A stretch of DNA of 63,528 bases, counting the filler, from Octopus bimaculoides (taxonomy: Eukaryota): the NCBI RefSeq assembly GCF_001194135.2. It is 4 parts of 4 records of this genome, joined end to end, with 100 filler letters (N's around TTAATTAATTAA, not from the genome) between each part and the next. Parts side by side here need not be neighbours in the genome. Positions count along the whole stretch, not along the records: positions 58,894 to 63,528 come from NC_069001.1; 3 more parts are not named here. One strand, given 5' to 3'. The position numbers and the translations under genes are program-made. Within the stretch, counting starts at the first letter, position 1; each line of letters opens with the position of its first letter. Of the stretch, positions 62,031 to 63,528 are shown piece by piece. The notes beneath the pieces are model-generated. The model was not told where the DNA came from, did no database searches, and saw only the letters and a program-made list of their open reading frames with translations.

Positions 62031-63405
62031 ATGTGTGCACCGTCTGTATGTATGAGTCTGGCTGTCTTTATGCTCATACCGTGAAAGGCAGAGATGTTAC
62101 GTAAGTCCTGTAGTACTGCGGTTCGGCAAAGAAAAATGAAATAAAAAAGAACTAGATTTTAAAAAGAACAAAAAAAAGAAAAAGGCACTGGACCTCATAT
62201 GGTTGCAGTTCAATGACTGAGACCAGTAAAAGAATAAATGAATAAAAGAATTACAGAACACACAAAAACAAACATCAACACACACTATTTGTATAAAGAT
62301 AGATAGATATACTTATATATATATATATATATATATNNNNNNNNNNNNNNNNNNNNNNNNNNNNNNNNNNNNNNNNNNNNNNNNNNNNNNNNNNNNNNNN
62401 NNNNNNNNNNNNNNNNNNNNNNNNNNNNNNNNNNNNNNNNNNNNNNNNNNNNNNNNNNNNNNNNNNNNNNNNNNNNNNNNNNNNNNNNNNNNNNNNNNNN
62501 NNNNNNNNNNNNNNNNNNNNNNNNNNNNNNNNNNNNNNNNNNNNNNNNNNNNNNNNNNNNNNNNNNNNNNNNNNNNNNNNNNNNNNNNNNNNNNNNNNNN
62601 NNNNNNNNNNNNNNNNNNNNNNNNNNNNNNNNNNNNNNNNNNNNNNNNNNNNNNNNNNNNNNNNNNNNNNNNNNNNNNNNNNNNNNNNNNNNNNNNNNNN
62701 NNNNNNNNNNNNNNNNNNNNNNNNNNNNNNNNNNNNNNNNNNNNNNNNNNNNNNNNNNNNNNNNNNNNNNNNNNNNNNNNNNNNNNNNNNNNNNNNNNNN
62801 NNNNNNNNNNNNNNNNNNNNNNNNNNNNNNNNNNNNNNNNNNNNNNNNNNNNNNNNNNNNNNNNNNNNNNNNNNNNNNNNNNNNNNNNNNNNNNNNNNNN
62901 NNNNNNNNNNNNNNNNNNNNNNNNNNNNNNNNNNNNNNNNNNNNNNNNNNNNNNNNNNNNNNNNNNNNNNNNNNNNNNNNNNNNNNNNNNNNNNNNNNNN
63001 NNNNNNNNNNNNNNNNNNNNNNNNNNNNNNNNNNNNNNNNNNNNNNNNNNNNNNNNNNNNNNNNNNNNNNNNNNNNNNNNNNNNNNNNNNNNNNNNNNNN
63101 NNNNNNNNNNNNNNNNNNNNNNNNNNNNNNNNNNNNTATATATATATATATATATATATGTAGTATTATATGTAGTATTAATCGTGTATGCATGTACGTT
63201 TCCGTATTATGCATGATTAATATGGCAGATAGGAAGATAAATTGAGAGGCGCCAATATCTCATTGGAATGCATGGCGTATGATAAGCCTATACAATACTG
63301 ACACACAAGCAAATGATCGCTAAAATCTCAATGAGGAATTCCGGACTGTAACAGTGGTGCTATCTGCATCTGACCATGTAAACAAAACAAATAAACATAC
63401 ATACA

Positions 63406-63436
<31 letters not shown>

Positions 63437-63528
63437 GTATACGCATATCTATAATATAACACATATATATTTGTATATAATGTATATAATTGTATATATA
63501 ATGTTTATATATATATATATATATATAT

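Overview
Eukaryotic, AT-rich, gap-ridden draft-assembly window. It is most likely from an Octopus genome, inferred from the SINE families, microsatellite density and gene content. The only host gene I can recognise is a RIMS-binding protein 2 (RIMBP2-like) gene on the minus strand. Five in-frame, GT-AG-bounded exons at 58479-49820 encode the end of FN3-1, FN3-2 and FN3-3, and a probable sixth exon lies at 47710-47600. No SH3 exons are visible. The rest is mobile DNA and simple repeats: RTE, CR1-like, Tx1/L1-like and R4/Dong-like LINE relics, Penelope-like (GIY-YIG) elements, a solo LTR, Tc1, piggyBac, hAT and Helentron-like pieces, a long-TIR foldback element and several SINE families. The signal not shown by the ORF track is RNA structure. 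At least eight distinct minimal type I hammerhead-ribozyme motifs occur at 748-37857. They have different but covarying helix I/II sequences and a palindromic helix III. Four have an intact CUGANGA/GAAA/UH core and four carry single core variants (C3U twice, U4C, A6U). Several lie in Penelope-like remnants. One sits at the 3' end of a young Penelope element that has an open GIY-YIG frame and an inverted antisense copy of the ribozyme region. Two same-strand motifs bracket a 444-nt structured segment. All assignments come from reading the sequence by eye; no searches or folding programs were run.
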